From Acidimicrobiia bacterium (lineage in GTDB: Bacteria > Actinomycetota > Acidimicrobiia > Acidimicrobiales > Aldehydirespiratoraceae), in the NCBI GenBank assembly GCA_022819505.1, contig JAJEHD010000001.1:9366-73365 (forward strand): DNA of 64,000 nucleotides, in the 5' to 3' direction. Made by a program: the position numbers and the translations under genes. A model generated the notes under the pieces. That model saw only the letters and a list, made by a program, of their open reading frames with translations, had not been told where the DNA came from and ran no database searches. Below, in pieces: positions 1-9,852 of this stretch. Position 1 is the stretch's first letter. Each line of letters begins with the position of its first letter.

Positions 1-172
1 CAGTGATCAGACCGACCCCGGCCAGCATGGCCGCGTGGGCGCGCGACCCCGCGATGTCCTCGCGGAACATCCTGCGATCGAAGCTGAGGCTGTCGTTGAG
101 GGCCCGCAGCGCTGCGGCGGGATCCCCGTCGAACCGCCCGTGCCAGAGAGTCGCTGAATCGTCCACCGTCAA
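1..172 (-). CDS. argH: argininosuccinate lyase, N-terminal part (truncated by window edge)
   Basis: Manual translation (L)TVDDSATLWHGRFDGDPAAALRALNDSLSFDRRMFREDIAGSRAHAAML matches the ArgH N-terminus and directly follows argG. Start is TTG 172 or GTG 166. Confidence 0.9.
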   Translation of the reverse strand, partial: MTVDDSATLWHGRFDGDPAAALRALNDSLSFDRRMFREDIAGSRAHAAMLAGVGLIT

Positions 173-175
173 TCC

Positions 176-1435
176 CTATCCGCTCGGCCTCTGGGCTTGC
201 TTGAGGGCCAGGTTCCGGAGCCGCAGGGCGTGCAGCGCGATGAACCCGGTGGCGTCGGCCTGGTCGTAGGCGCCCTCGTCCTCCTCGAAGGTGACCGTCC
301 GGTAGTCGAACAGCGACTCGTCGGAGCGGCGCCCGGCGATGTCCACGTTGCCCTTGTAGAGCCTCACCCGGACCTCACCGTTCACGCTGGCCTGGCTGTA
401 GTCGATGGCCGTCTGGAGCATCCTGCGCTCCGGGCTCCACCAGTAGCCGTTGTAGATCAGCTCGGCGTACCGGGGCATGAGCTCGTCCTTGAGGTGGGCC
501 ATCTCCCGGTCGAGGGTGATCGACTCGATGGCCCGGTGGGCCCGCAGCATGATCGTGCCGCCCGGCGTCTCGTAGGCGCCCCGGCTCTTCATGCCGACGT
601 AGCGGTTCTCCACGATGTCGATACGCCCGACGCCGTTGGCCGCGCCCAGCGAGTTGAGCGTGGCCAGCACCTGGCCGGGGGTCATGGGCCGGCCGTCGAC
701 GGCCACGATGTCGCCCGCCGCGAACGTCAGGTCCACGTAGGTGGGCTCGTTGGGGGCGAGCTGGGGGCTCACCGACCACAGCCACATCTCCGCGGGAGGC
801 TCGTACCAGGGGTCCTCCAGCGGGCCGCCCTCATAGGAGATGTGCAGCATGTTGGCGTCCATCGAGAAGGGCGACTCGGTTCCCCGCTTGCGCTCGATGG
901 GGATGCCGTGGGTGGCCGCGTAGGCCATGAGCGACTCCCGCGAGCCCAGGTCCCACTCCCGCCAGGGCGCGATGACCCGGATGTCGGGCTTGAGCGCGTA
1001 GGCGCCGAGCTCGAAGCGGACTTGGTCGTTGCCCTTGCCGGTGGCACCGTGGCTGATGGCGTCGGCGCCCGTCTCGGTGGCGATCTCCACCAGCCGCTTG
1101 GCGATCAGGGGCCGGGCGATGGAGGTGCCCAGCAGGTACTCGCCCTCGTAGAGCGCGTTGGCCCTGAACATGGGGAACACGAAGTCGCGGGCGAACTCCT
1201 CACGCAGGTCCTCGATGAAGATGTCGGCGGGCGCGACGCCCATGGCCAGGGCCTTGGCCCTGGCCGGCTCCAGCTCATCGCCCTGGCCGATGTCCGCGGT
1301 GAACGTCACCACCGTGCAGCCGTAGGTCTCCTGCAGCCAGTGCAGGATTATGGACGTGTCGAGGCCGCCCGAGTAGGCCAGGACGACTCTGGAAACGGGC
1401 GCGGCTCCAGCCGGGGCGCCACGGGTTGTGCTCAT
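176..1435 (-). CDS. argG: argininosuccinate synthase
   Basis: [23 protein letters not shown] and YETPGG motifs. Confidence 0.98.
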   Translation of the reverse strand: MSTTRGAPAGAAPVSRVVLAYSGGLDTSIILHWLQETYGCTVVTFTADIGQGDELEPARAKALAMGVAPADIFIEDLREEFARDFVFPMFRANALYEGEYLLGTSIARPLIAKRLVEIATETGADAISHGATGKGNDQVRFELGAYALKPDIRVIAPWREWDLGSRESLMAYAATHGIPIERKRGTESPFSMDANMLHISYEGGPLEDPWYEPPAEMWLWSVSPQLAPNEPTYVDLTFAAGDIVAVDGRPMTPGQVLATLNSLGAANGVGRIDIVENRYVGMKSRGAYETPGGTIMLRAHRAIESITLDREMAHLKDELMPRYAELIYNGYWWSPERRMLQTAIDYSQASVNGEVRVRLYKGNVDIAGRRSDESLFDYRTVTFEEDEGAYDQADATGFIALHALRLRNLALKQAQRPSG

Positions 1436-1463
1436 CGATTCTCTCCCAAACCTCGTCCTTGGT

Positions 1464-1931
1464 TCACCGGCCCAGGCCGGCCAGGTCCCTCAGGCGTTCC
1501 GCCAAGTCCGATCCCGGGGTCCCGTCGGTGGCCACCACGATCAGCGAGTCGTCGCCGGCGACAGTGCCGAGCACCTCGGGCAGGCCCGCCCGGTCGAGGG
1601 CGGACGCAACCACATGGGCCGAGCCCGGCGGCGTGCGCACCATCGCGAGATTCCCCGACGAGCCGATGTCGGCCACCCAGTCGCCCATCACCCTGCGGAG
1701 ATGCTCCTCCGGTGCGATGCGCTCTGTCGGGTGCTCCGGGATGGCGTACACGGTGCTGCCCCCGGGCACCCGGACCTTCACCGCGCCCAAGCCGTCGAGA
1801 TCGCGCGACACGGTGGCCCGGGTGGCGGTGACACCCGAGTCCGACAGCAGGTCGACGAGCTGCTGCTGGCTCACCACCGCGTGCTCGGCGAGCAGCTGGA
1901 CGATGAGGTGCTGGCGGCTGGTCTTGCTCAT
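1464..1931 (-). CDS. argR: arginine repressor
   Basis: [10 protein letters not shown]...ATVSRDL wHTH and GTVAGDD Arg-binding motif. Start moved to ATG 1931. Confidence 0.95.
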   Translation of the reverse strand: MSKTSRQHLIVQLLAEHAVVSQQQLVDLLSDSGVTATRATVSRDLDGLGAVKVRVPGGSTVYAIPEHPTERIAPEEHLRRVMGDWVADIGSSGNLAMVRTPPGSAHVVASALDRAGLPEVLGTVAGDDSLIVVATDGTPGSDLAERLRDLAGLGR

Positions 1932-1939
1932 GATCGAAC

Positions 1940-2833
1940 TCAATCGGCCTGTTCCATGAGCCACAGCAGCAGGCCCCGGGCCGCGTGCATCCGGTTTGCG
2001 GCCTGCGGCCACACCCGGCTCTGGGGCCCGTCGAGGACGGTTGATGCCACCTCCTCGCCCCGATGGGCGGGCAGGCAGTGAAGGAACACGGCATCGGCTG
2101 AGGCGCGGGCCATCATCCTCCGGTCCACCCTGAACCCGGCGAAGTCCTTGCGGCGCTTCTCGGCCTCCTGCTCCTGGCCCATCGACGTCCACACATCGGT
2201 GTAGACCACGTCGGCACCGTTCACCGCCTCGGCCGGCCTCTGCACCTGCACCGGCTCGCAGCCGCGGCGGCGCATCCGCCGCAGGTCGGCCTCGCTGAAC
2301 TCGTAGCCGGGGGGACTGGCGATCCGCACCGCCATGCCCGCCAGGCCGGCGGCGTACGCCAGCGAGTGGGCCATATTGTTGGCGTCCCCGACGTAGGCCA
2401 GGACACGGCCTTCGAGATGGCCGCGAGCCGCCCGGATCGTCAGCAGATCGGCCACGGCCTGGGTGGGGTGGGCGGCGTCGCTGAGCAGGTTGATCACCGG
2501 CACGGCGCTCACCGCCGCCATGCGCTTCACCGTGTCGTGGGCGAAGACCCTCGCCCCGATCACCGCGTTGTAGCAGGCCAGGGTGCGGGCGACATCCTCG
2601 ACGCTCTCGCGCTCGTCCAGTCCGACCTCGGCAGGACCGATGTATATCGGGTGGCCGCCCAGCTGCACGACCGCCATCTCGGTGGAGCTGCGGGTGCGGG
2701 CCGAGGGCTTCTCGAACAGCAGGGCCGCGCCCTTGCCCGCCAGCACCGGCGGCGGGTTCGGGGTGGTCGCCAGGTTCATGATCCGGGCGAGTTCGCTCGG
2801 CTGCAGGTCGTCGATATCTAGGAAGTGGCGCAT
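1940..2833 (-). CDS. argF: ornithine carbamoyltransferase
   Basis: MRHFL start after a GAAGGAG RBS; FEKPSARTR, HPTQ, SMGQE and HCLP motifs. Confidence 0.95.
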   Translation of the reverse strand: MRHFLDIDDLQPSELARIMNLATTPNPPPVLAGKGAALLFEKPSARTRSSTEMAVVQLGGHPIYIGPAEVGLDERESVEDVARTLACYNAVIGARVFAHDTVKRMAAVSAVPVINLLSDAAHPTQAVADLLTIRAARGHLEGRVLAYVGDANNMAHSLAYAAGLAGMAVRIASPPGYEFSEADLRRMRRRGCEPVQVQRPAEAVNGADVVYTDVWTSMGQEQEAEKRRKDFAGFRVDRRMMARASADAVFLHCLPAHRGEEVASTVLDGPQSRVWPQAANRMHAARGLLLWLMEQAD

Positions 2834-2888
2834 CTGAGCTCCTTCATCGAGTGTGGATCGGTTGTAGCAAGTGGGTCGCGGTCGTGCA

Positions 2889-4073
2889 TCAGCGCTGCGC
2901 CAGGACACCCGCCAGGATGGAGCACCCTTCGGCGAGTTGTTCGGTGGAAACCACGAACGGCGGCGCCAGCCGCAGCGCGGTCGGGGTCACACCGTTGACG
3001 ACCAGGCCGGCCTCGAGGCAGGCCGAGGCGACGTCCTTGGCGGCACGCCCAGCGCGGGCCTCCTCGGACAGCTCGGCGGCCAGCAGCAGGCCTCGTCCCC
3101 GGACGCTGGTGACCCCGTCGAGGCTCTCCAGCATGGCCTTGAGCGCGGCACCCAGACGGCTCGCCGCCGCGGGCGCGTCCATGGCCTGCATTTCGGCCAG
3201 CACGGCCCGGACCGCGGCCAGTGCCAGCGGCTGACCCGCGAAGGTGGATCCGTGGTCGCCGGGACCGAAGGCGGCCGCGACCCCCGACCGGGCCCACACC
3301 GCGCCCACCGGGACGCCGTTGCCGAGCGCCTTGGCCATGGTCACGATGTCGGGCTGCACGCCGGCGTGCTGGTAACCGAACCACCGGCCGGTCCGGCCCA
3401 GTCCGGTCTGGATCTCGTCCAACACCATCAGGATGCCCCGCTCATCGCAGATCTCCCGCACGGCCCGCAGGTAGCCGTCAGTGGCCGGGATCACACCCCC
3501 CTCACCCTGCACCGACTCCAGCACCACCGCGCCGACGGAGGGATCCAGGGCCGCGACGAGCGCGTCGATGTCGTCGAAGGGCACGTGACGGAAGCCGTCC
3601 GGCATGGGAGCGAAGGGCTCGTGCTTGTCGGGCTGGCCCGTGGCGGCCAGCGCGGCCAGCGTGCGGCCGTGGAACGATCCGTAGGCGCTCACCACCGCGT
3701 GGCGGCCCCTGCCGGAGTGCTTGCGGGCCAGCTTGAGGGCGGCCTCGACCGCCTCCGCGCCGGAGTTCTGGAACAGGATCCGGCCCGGCTTGGGGTCGCC
3801 TCCGGGCCCGGACCGGATCAGCCGGTCGAGTGTCTCCACGACCTCGGCCGTCGGCTCGTTGGCGAACAGGTTGGAGGTGTGGATCAGTGTCGACGCCTGG
3901 GAGGCGACCGCGTCGGTCACCGCCGGATGGGCGTGGCCCAGCCCGGTAACGGCCAGGCCGCACAGGAAGTCGAGGTAGCGCCGGCCGCGGTCGTCCCACA
4001 GCTCGGCGCCGTCGCCCCGCACGAACGTCACCGGCGGGGTCCCGTAGTTGTTCATCAGCGCAGCCCTGCTCAT
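2889..4073 (-). CDS. argD: acetylornithine aminotransferase
   Basis: Class III PLP motifs SFHGRT, DEIQTGLGRTG, AKALGNG and HGSTF; arg operon context. Confidence 0.95.
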   Translation of the reverse strand: MSRAALMNNYGTPPVTFVRGDGAELWDDRGRRYLDFLCGLAVTGLGHAHPAVTDAVASQASTLIHTSNLFANEPTAEVVETLDRLIRSGPGGDPKPGRILFQNSGAEAVEAALKLARKHSGRGRHAVVSAYGSFHGRTLAALAATGQPDKHEPFAPMPDGFRHVPFDDIDALVAALDPSVGAVVLESVQGEGGVIPATDGYLRAVREICDERGILMVLDEIQTGLGRTGRWFGYQHAGVQPDIVTMAKALGNGVPVGAVWARSGVAAAFGPGDHGSTFAGQPLALAAVRAVLAEMQAMDAPAAASRLGAALKAMLESLDGVTSVRGRGLLLAAELSEEARAGRAAKDVASACLEAGLVVNGVTPTALRLAPPFVVSTEQLAEGCSILAGVLAQR

Positions 4074-4075
4074 AG

Positions 4076-4987
4076 CTAGTCCTCAACATCCTCAGTGATC
4101 ATCGTTCCTATTCCCGCGTCGGTGAACAGCTCGAGCAGCACGGCGTGGGGTATGCGGCCGTCGAGCATGTGGGCGGTGCCGGCCCCGGACCGCACCGCGT
4201 CGACGCAGGCCCGAGCCTTGGGTATCATCCCCCCGTTGATGGCGCCCGAGGCGATCATGGACTCCACGTCGGCGACGGTGGCCCGGCTCACCAGCGAGGA
4301 CGGGTCCGCTGCGTCGGCCAGCAGGCCGGGCACGTCGGTGAGGTACACGACCTTGGCCGCGCCGAGCGCGCCGGCCAGGGCCGCGGCCATGGTGTCGGCG
4401 TTGATGTTGTAGGCCTGGCCGGAGGTATCGGCCCCGATCGACGACACGACGGGGACGATCTCCCTGGCGACGAGACCCTCGATGATCCGGGGATCGACCG
4501 ACTCGACGTCGCCCACGAAGCCCAACTCCGGATCCCGGGGCACGGCGGTGACGAGGTTGCCGTCCTCGCCGGAGAGCCCCAGGGCTGTGCCGCCGTACGC
4601 GTTGATGGCGCCGACGATATCCCGGCCGACCTTGCCGACCAGCACCATCCGGGCCACTTCAAGAGTTTCGGCGTCGGTCACCCGCAGGCCGTCGCGGAAC
4701 TCGCTCTGCTTGCCCATGCGGGCCAGGTGCTCGCCGATCTGAGGGCCGCCTCCGTGGACGACCACCGGATGCAGCCCGACGGAGCGCACCAGCACGATGT
4801 CGCGGGCGAATGATGCGGCCAGGGCGGGCTCGGTCATCGCGTGGCCGCCGTACTTGACCACCACCACCGCGCCCCGGAAACGCCGGATGTAGGGCAGTGC
4901 CTCCACCAGCGCCCGGGCCCGCCGGTCGGGCTCGAAGCCGTGCGGTTCGCCGCTCGGGCCGGGGGCTTCGGTCGTCTCCACGCTCAT
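4076..4987 (-). CDS. argB: acetylglutamate kinase
   Basis: VVKYGG, VHGGGPQI, NINAD and GGMIPK motifs. Confidence 0.97.
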   Translation of the reverse strand: MSVETTEAPGPSGEPHGFEPDRRARALVEALPYIRRFRGAVVVVKYGGHAMTEPALAASFARDIVLVRSVGLHPVVVHGGGPQIGEHLARMGKQSEFRDGLRVTDAETLEVARMVLVGKVGRDIVGAINAYGGTALGLSGEDGNLVTAVPRDPELGFVGDVESVDPRIIEGLVAREIVPVVSSIGADTSGQAYNINADTMAAALAGALGAAKVVYLTDVPGLLADAADPSSLVSRATVADVESMIASGAINGGMIPKARACVDAVRSGAGTAHMLDGRIPHAVLLELFTDAGIGTMITEDVED

Positions 4988-6213
4988 GTCCGGTACCCCG
5001 CGTTGATGTCGATGTAGCCGTGGGTCAGGTCGCAGGTCCAGACGGTGGCCTCACCCTCGCCCACGCCCACGTCGACCCTGAGCTCGATGTCGTCGCCCAG
5101 CAGGTGCTCGGTGGCCCTCTCCTCGCGGTAGCCGGACTTGGGCACGCCGCCGGCCGCGCACTGCTCGTCGCCGATCCAGATCGCGAGCCGATCCCGGTCG
5201 GCCCGCTGGCCGGCCTTGCCCACCGCGGCCACGATCCGGCCCCAGTTGGCGTCGGAGGCGGCCAGCGCGGTCTTCACCAGCGGGGAGTCGGCCACCGTCC
5301 TGGCGATGGCCTGCGCGGCGTCGTCGCCGGCGGCGCCGGTGACGGTGACGGCCACGAACTTGGTGGCGCCCTCGCCGTCGCGCACGATCTGGTGGGCCAG
5401 ATCCATGGTCACCGCGTCGAGCGCGTCCTCGAAGTCCGCCATGTGCAGGGTCGCAGGCTGTCCCGACGTGCCGGTGGCGGCCAGCAGCACGGTGTCGCTG
5501 GTGGAGGTGTCGGAGTCGACGGTGATGCGGTTGAAGCTCTTCTCGACCGAGGCGGCCAGGCATTGCTGGGCGGTCTGGGCGTCCATGGCAAGGTCGGTGA
5601 ACACGAAGGCCAGCATGGTGGCCATGTCGGGGGCGATCATGCCGCTGCCCTTGGCGATGCCGGCCACATGGGCGCTCGTGCCTGGCACCGGGGCCGACGC
5701 CCCCTTGGGGAACGTGTCGGTGGTGCCGATGGCGTTGGCGGCAGCCTCCCAGCCGTTCGGACCGGCCGCGGACAGTCCGGTGACGAGGGTGCCGAGCACA
5801 GCGTCGATGCGCTCCACAGGCAGGTCCTCGCCGATCACGCCGGTGGAGGCGACCAGCACCTCGTGTGCGGGCGCGCCCAGGGTGCGGGCCACCGACTCCG
5901 CGGTGTGCACCGCGGCGGCGTAGCCGGCCGCGCCGGTGAACGCATTGGCGTTGCCCGAGTTGACGATGATGGCCCGGCCCCGTCCGGAGCTCGCGGCCAG
6001 GGCGTGTTTGCACCAGTCGACGGGCGCGGCGGTGCACAACGACCGGGTGAAGACACCGGCCACCGAACTGCCCGACGGAAGCTCGGCCAGCATCACGTCG
6101 TCCCGGCCGGAGTAGCGGATCCCGGCCGCGGCGGTGGCCAGCCGCACACCTGCGACGCCGGACACAGCCGGGAACACTGCAGGAGCGAGCGGCGAGACCT
6201 TGATCTCAGACAT
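4984..6213 (-). CDS. argJ: glutamate N-acetyltransferase (ornithine acetyltransferase)
   Basis: NSGNANA, TTDTFPK, KGSGMIAPDMATML and DANWGR motifs. Start moved to MSEIKVSPLAP (ATG 6213). Confidence 0.97.
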   Translation of the reverse strand: MSEIKVSPLAPAVFPAVSGVAGVRLATAAAGIRYSGRDDVMLAELPSGSSVAGVFTRSLCTAAPVDWCKHALAASSGRGRAIIVNSGNANAFTGAAGYAAAVHTAESVARTLGAPAHEVLVASTGVIGEDLPVERIDAVLGTLVTGLSAAGPNGWEAAANAIGTTDTFPKGASAPVPGTSAHVAGIAKGSGMIAPDMATMLAFVFTDLAMDAQTAQQCLAASVEKSFNRITVDSDTSTSDTVLLAATGTSGQPATLHMADFEDALDAVTMDLAHQIVRDGEGATKFVAVTVTGAAGDDAAQAIARTVADSPLVKTALAASDANWGRIVAAVGKAGQRADRDRLAIWIGDEQCAAGGVPKSGYREERATEHLLGDDIELRVDVGVGEGEATVWTCDLTHGYIDINAGYRT

Positions 6214-6220
6214 CGCGCTC

Positions 6221-6343
6221 ACCAGGAACTGGCAGCACAATGCACGCCATCCGTGCAAAACGCTGCCAATTCGATGCTGGCCCGCACGCCCAACCAGGAA
6301 CTGGCAGCAGAATGCCTGCCATCCGTGCAGAACGCTGCCAATT
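6221..6343 (+). repeat. two tandem 51-bp copies (period 72) of an imperfect palindromic element
   Basis: 6221-6271 and 6293-6343 differ at 4 positions. Each is GAACTGGCAGC...GCTGCCAATT; copy 1 has an inner TGCACG/CGTGCA stem. Confidence 0.9.
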
Positions 6344-6360
6344 TGGTCCCATCTCGGCGC

Positions 6361-7395
6361 CTAGGGGTAGACGCCGGCCGAGGCCAGTCCGGCGGTCTCG
6401 TCGATCCCCAGCGCAAGGTTGGCGCACTGCACTGCCTGGCCCGAGGCTCCCTTGACCAGGTTGTCGAGCGCGGCGATGGCGATCACCCAGCCGGTGCGGT
6501 CGTCGGCCCGAGCGGTGATGTGGACGCTGTTGGATCCCAGAGTCGCCTTGGTGGACGGCGACCGCTCGCTCACCACCACGAACGGCTCGTCGCAGTAGGC
6601 GTCCCCGAGCACGCCGAGGACCTCGGAGGTGCTGGTGCCGGCGACGGGCCGCGCGTAACAGGTGGCGAGAATGCCCCGGTTCATGGGGGCCAGGTGAGGC
6701 GTGAACAGCACCTGGACACCGGTACCGGCATGGCGTGACACCGCCATCTCGATCTCGGGCGTGTGCCGGTGGTCCAGCAACCCGTAGGCGGTGAAGTCCT
6801 CGTCCACTGCGCAGAAGGTCGTGTTGGCCCTCGGAGGCCGGCCGGCGCCAGACACCCCGCTGGCGGCGTCGACGATGATGCCGGTGGGTTCGACCACGCC
6901 GGCGGTCACTAGCGGTGCGAGGGCCAGCGCGGCCGTCGTCACGTAGCAGCCGGGGGCGGCCACCAGTTCGGCGGCCCGGATCTCGCTGCGGAACAGCTCG
7001 GGGAGGCCGAACACGAACTCGTCCAGCAGCGCCGGCACGGAGTGCTCCTCGCCGTACCACGCCGGGTAGAGGTCGGGGTCGTCGAGCCTGAAGTCGGCGG
7101 CCAGGTCGACGACGTGCTTGACGTCGTCCCGCAACTCACCGACCACGGCCTGGGACGCTCCGTGGGGCAGCCCGCAGAAGGCGAGGTCGCAGCCCGACGC
7201 GACGCCCGGCACATACGGCACGAACTGTGTGCCTCCGTAGGCGGGGGCCAGACTCGGGTAGAGGTCGGCCACGTCCCGGCCGGCCATGGAGTCACCGGTG
7301 GCCACGGCCACCTCCAGGTCGGGATGGGACGCGCAGATCCGCAGCAGTTCGGCGCCGGTGAACCCGGACGCGCCGATGACCGCGACCTTGTGCAT
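6361..7395 (-). CDS. argC: N-acetyl-gamma-glutamyl-phosphate reductase
   Basis: GASGFTG, PGCY, SGVSGAGR and DNLVKGASGQA motifs. ATG 7395 lies 6 nt after a TAGCTT -10 (GTG 7398 also possible). Confidence 0.97.
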   Translation of the reverse strand: MHKVAVIGASGFTGAELLRICASHPDLEVAVATGDSMAGRDVADLYPSLAPAYGGTQFVPYVPGVASGCDLAFCGLPHGASQAVVGELRDDVKHVVDLAADFRLDDPDLYPAWYGEEHSVPALLDEFVFGLPELFRSEIRAAELVAAPGCYVTTAALALAPLVTAGVVEPTGIIVDAASGVSGAGRPPRANTTFCAVDEDFTAYGLLDHRHTPEIEMAVSRHAGTGVQVLFTPHLAPMNRGILATCYARPVAGTSTSEVLGVLGDAYCDEPFVVVSERSPSTKATLGSNSVHITARADDRTGWVIAIAALDNLVKGASGQAVQCANLALGIDETAGLASAGVYP

Positions 7396-7425
7396 CACGC
7401 CAAGCTACCGGCCGGCCTCACACTC

Positions 7426-7459
7426 TGCAACTATGTGCAGATAAAAGATATTTCTTGCA
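7426..7459. promoter_or_regulatory. tandem ARG boxes (ArgR operator) upstream of argC
   Basis: TGCAACTATGTGCA (7426-7439) and AGATATTTCTTGCA (7446-7459) have a 20-bp period, resemble the TGCAT-N4-ATGCA ArgR box and lie in an AT-rich patch. Confidence 0.75.
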
Positions 7460-7460
7460 C

Positions 7461-9836
7461 TCAGGATCGGAGCGCTGCCCCGGTGCGGCGGGTCGTCTCG
7501 TCGATGCAGCGTTGACGGGCCTCGGCCACCTCGGCGTCGGTGAGGGTGCGGTCATGGGCCTGGAATCGCAGCCGGTAGGCGAGGCTGCGGGAACCGTCGG
7601 CCACGCCCGGGCCCCGGTACACGTCGAACAGCTCGATCCTGGCCAGCAGCGCCCCTGCTGAGGCCCGCAGCGCCCTCTCCACCTGGGCCGCGGCCACGCT
7701 CTCGGGCACGACGAAGGCCAGGTCCACATCGCTGGGCGGGTACTTGCTAACCGGCCGGTAACGGCGCCGGGCCCTGGGCCCGTCCAGCACCTCCTGCAGG
7801 TCGATCTGGAGCCACGCCACCCGGCCCGACACGCCGGCGGCCTCGAGCGCTCCGGGATCGACCTCCCCCACCGCGCCCCGAACCCGCCCGGCCACCGCCA
7901 CTTCGGCGGCGCGGGTGGGGTGCATCCCCGGCAGCGATCCGCTGCGCAGCTCGACCGCGGGCAGGGCCAAGGCCTCGGCCAGCAGGTCCAGGACCGCCAC
8001 CGCGGCCGGGGCCTCCTCGCCCGACAGGGCCACGGCCAGGAACTCCCGCTCGTCGGGCAGCAGCTGGCCCTGCGGTGCGGGCAGGTAGACGTGGCCGATC
8101 TCGAAGAGCCGCGTGTCGCCGTTGAAGTGGCGCTGGTTGTAGGCCACCGCCCGCAGCTGGCCGGGCAGCAGAGAGGTCCGCAGCACCGACTCGCTGTCGT
8201 CGACCGGGTTGGACAGCGTGATGCCGTCCTCGGGCAGGCCCACGGCAGCCAGCGCGCCGGGTGCCACGAAGGGCATCGGCTGGGTCTCGTAGCAGCCCGC
8301 GCCCACCAGCACTTCGCGCACCAGCCGGCGGTCCTGCTGGTAGGCCGACAGCCCGCCGGCCTCGTTGGCGGTGGGCACGGTGCGCTCGATGTTCTCGTAC
8401 CCGTGGAGCCGGGCGACCTCCTCGGCGATGTCGGTCTCGGTCTCGGTGTCCCAGCGCCAGGTCGGGATGGTCACGTCCAGTTCGGCGTCGTCGGCGGGAT
8501 CCGCCCCGAAGCCGATCGATCGCAGGTGGCCCGCCATGTCCGCAGTGCTCAGGCCCGTGCCGAGCAGGCTGTTGACCCTGGACGTGCGCACTCGCAGCGG
8601 GCGACGATCGGGCAGATCGCCGCGCTCGTCGATCAGCCCGGGCGCCACCCCGGCGCCCTGCTCGGCCGCCAGCTGCACGAAGCGGTTCATGCAGCGCTCC
8701 ACGTTGTCGCCCCAGTCGGCGCCCCGGCGGAACCGGGTGGCCGCCTCGCTGGCCAGGTTCAGGTGCTTGGCCGTGCGGGAGATCGACGGCGGGTCCCACC
8801 ACGCCATCTCCACCAGCACGTCTGTGGTGCCGGCGTCGATCTCGGTGGACGCGCCGCCCATGATCCCGGCAATGCCGATCGCCTCATCGTCGCCGTCGGC
8901 GATCACCCCGTCCCCGGCCGCCAGCGTGCGGCGCACGCCGTCGAGAGTGGTGATGGTCTCGCCGTCGCGGGCCCGGCGCACCCGTATCCGCGCGCCTGCG
9001 ACCCTCCCCAGGTCGAAGGTGTGGCTGGGCTGGCCCAGTTCGAGCATCACGTAGTTGGAGATGTCGACGATGCTGTTGATGGGACGCATCCCCAGCGCGG
9101 TGAGCCGATTGGCCAGCCACGGGGGCGACGCTCCCTGCGGAGCGTTGCGCAGCACCCGCCCGACGAAGCGGCCGCACAGCGTCGGGTCGACGATCTCGAC
9201 CGCGGCGACATCCGAGGTGTCCGGGCCGGAGGCGGCTGTGGACCAGTCGGGCGGCTCGAAGGCCACGCCGAGGCCGGCGGCCAGGTCGCGGGCCACACCC
9301 ATCACCGACAGGGCGTCGGGCCGGTTGGCGCCGACCTCCAGGTCCCACAGCACGTCCGGCTCCAGGCCGAGCGCCTCGGCCAGCGGCGTGCCCGGTCCGG
9401 CACCGGCGGGGACCCGGTCGTTGAGGATCATGATGCCCTCGGCGTCGTCACCCATGTCGAGCTCGATCTCCGAGCAGCACATGCCCTCGGAGGCCTGGCC
9501 CCGCATCTTTCGGCGGGCGATCTCCAACCCGCTCGGCAGAACGGCCCCGACCCGCGCCAGGGGCACCAGGTCGCCAACGGCCATGTTGAACGCGCCGCAG
9601 CAGACCTGCAGGGACTTGCCCGACCCGTCGTCCACCTCGACGAGCTGGATCCGGTCGGCGTCGGGATGGGGACGCAGTTCCAGCACCCGGCCGAGCACCA
9701 CGCCGTCGGGCACCGAGCCGGTGACGGTCGTCTCCTCGACGGTGAGTCCCAGCGCGCTGAGCATGTCGCCGAGCGCGGCGGCGTCGCCGTCGATGCCGGG
9801 CGCGAACTCCCGCAGCCACGACAGCAGAGCCTTCAT
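7461..9836 (-). CDS. pheT: phenylalanine--tRNA ligase beta subunit
   Basis: HPDADRI, NRPDALS and GQPSHTFD motifs; C-terminal FDX-ACB domain (LFDVYRG..SLAYRL). Confidence 0.98.
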   Translation of the reverse strand: MKALLSWLREFAPGIDGDAAALGDMLSALGLTVEETTVTGSVPDGVVLGRVLELRPHPDADRIQLVEVDDGSGKSLQVCCGAFNMAVGDLVPLARVGAVLPSGLEIARRKMRGQASEGMCCSEIELDMGDDAEGIMILNDRVPAGAGPGTPLAEALGLEPDVLWDLEVGANRPDALSVMGVARDLAAGLGVAFEPPDWSTAASGPDTSDVAAVEIVDPTLCGRFVGRVLRNAPQGASPPWLANRLTALGMRPINSIVDISNYVMLELGQPSHTFDLGRVAGARIRVRRARDGETITTLDGVRRTLAAGDGVIADGDDEAIGIAGIMGGASTEIDAGTTDVLVEMAWWDPPSISRTAKHLNLASEAATRFRRGADWGDNVERCMNRFVQLAAEQGAGVAPGLIDERGDLPDRRPLRVRTSRVNSLLGTGLSTADMAGHLRSIGFGADPADDAELDVTIPTWRWDTETETDIAEEVARLHGYENIERTVPTANEAGGLSAYQQDRRLVREVLVGAGCYETQPMPFVAPGALAAVGLPEDGITLSNPVDDSESVLRTSLLPGQLRAVAYNQRHFNGDTRLFEIGHVYLPAPQGQLLPDEREFLAVALSGEEAPAAVAVLDLLAEALALPAVELRSGSLPGMHPTRAAEVAVAGRVRGAVGEVDPGALEAAGVSGRVAWLQIDLQEVLDGPRARRRYRPVSKYPPSDVDLAFVVPESVAAAQVERALRASAGALLARIELFDVYRGPGVADGSRSLAYRLRFQAHDRTLTDAEVAEARQRCIDETTRRTGAALRS

Positions 9837-9852
9837 CGTCGATCGTGTCCCA

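Noticed and set aside
6221-6343. Possible mini CRISPR array
   Set aside because: Only two 51-bp units with a 21-bp spacer and no cas genes. It fits the dispersed palindrome family better.
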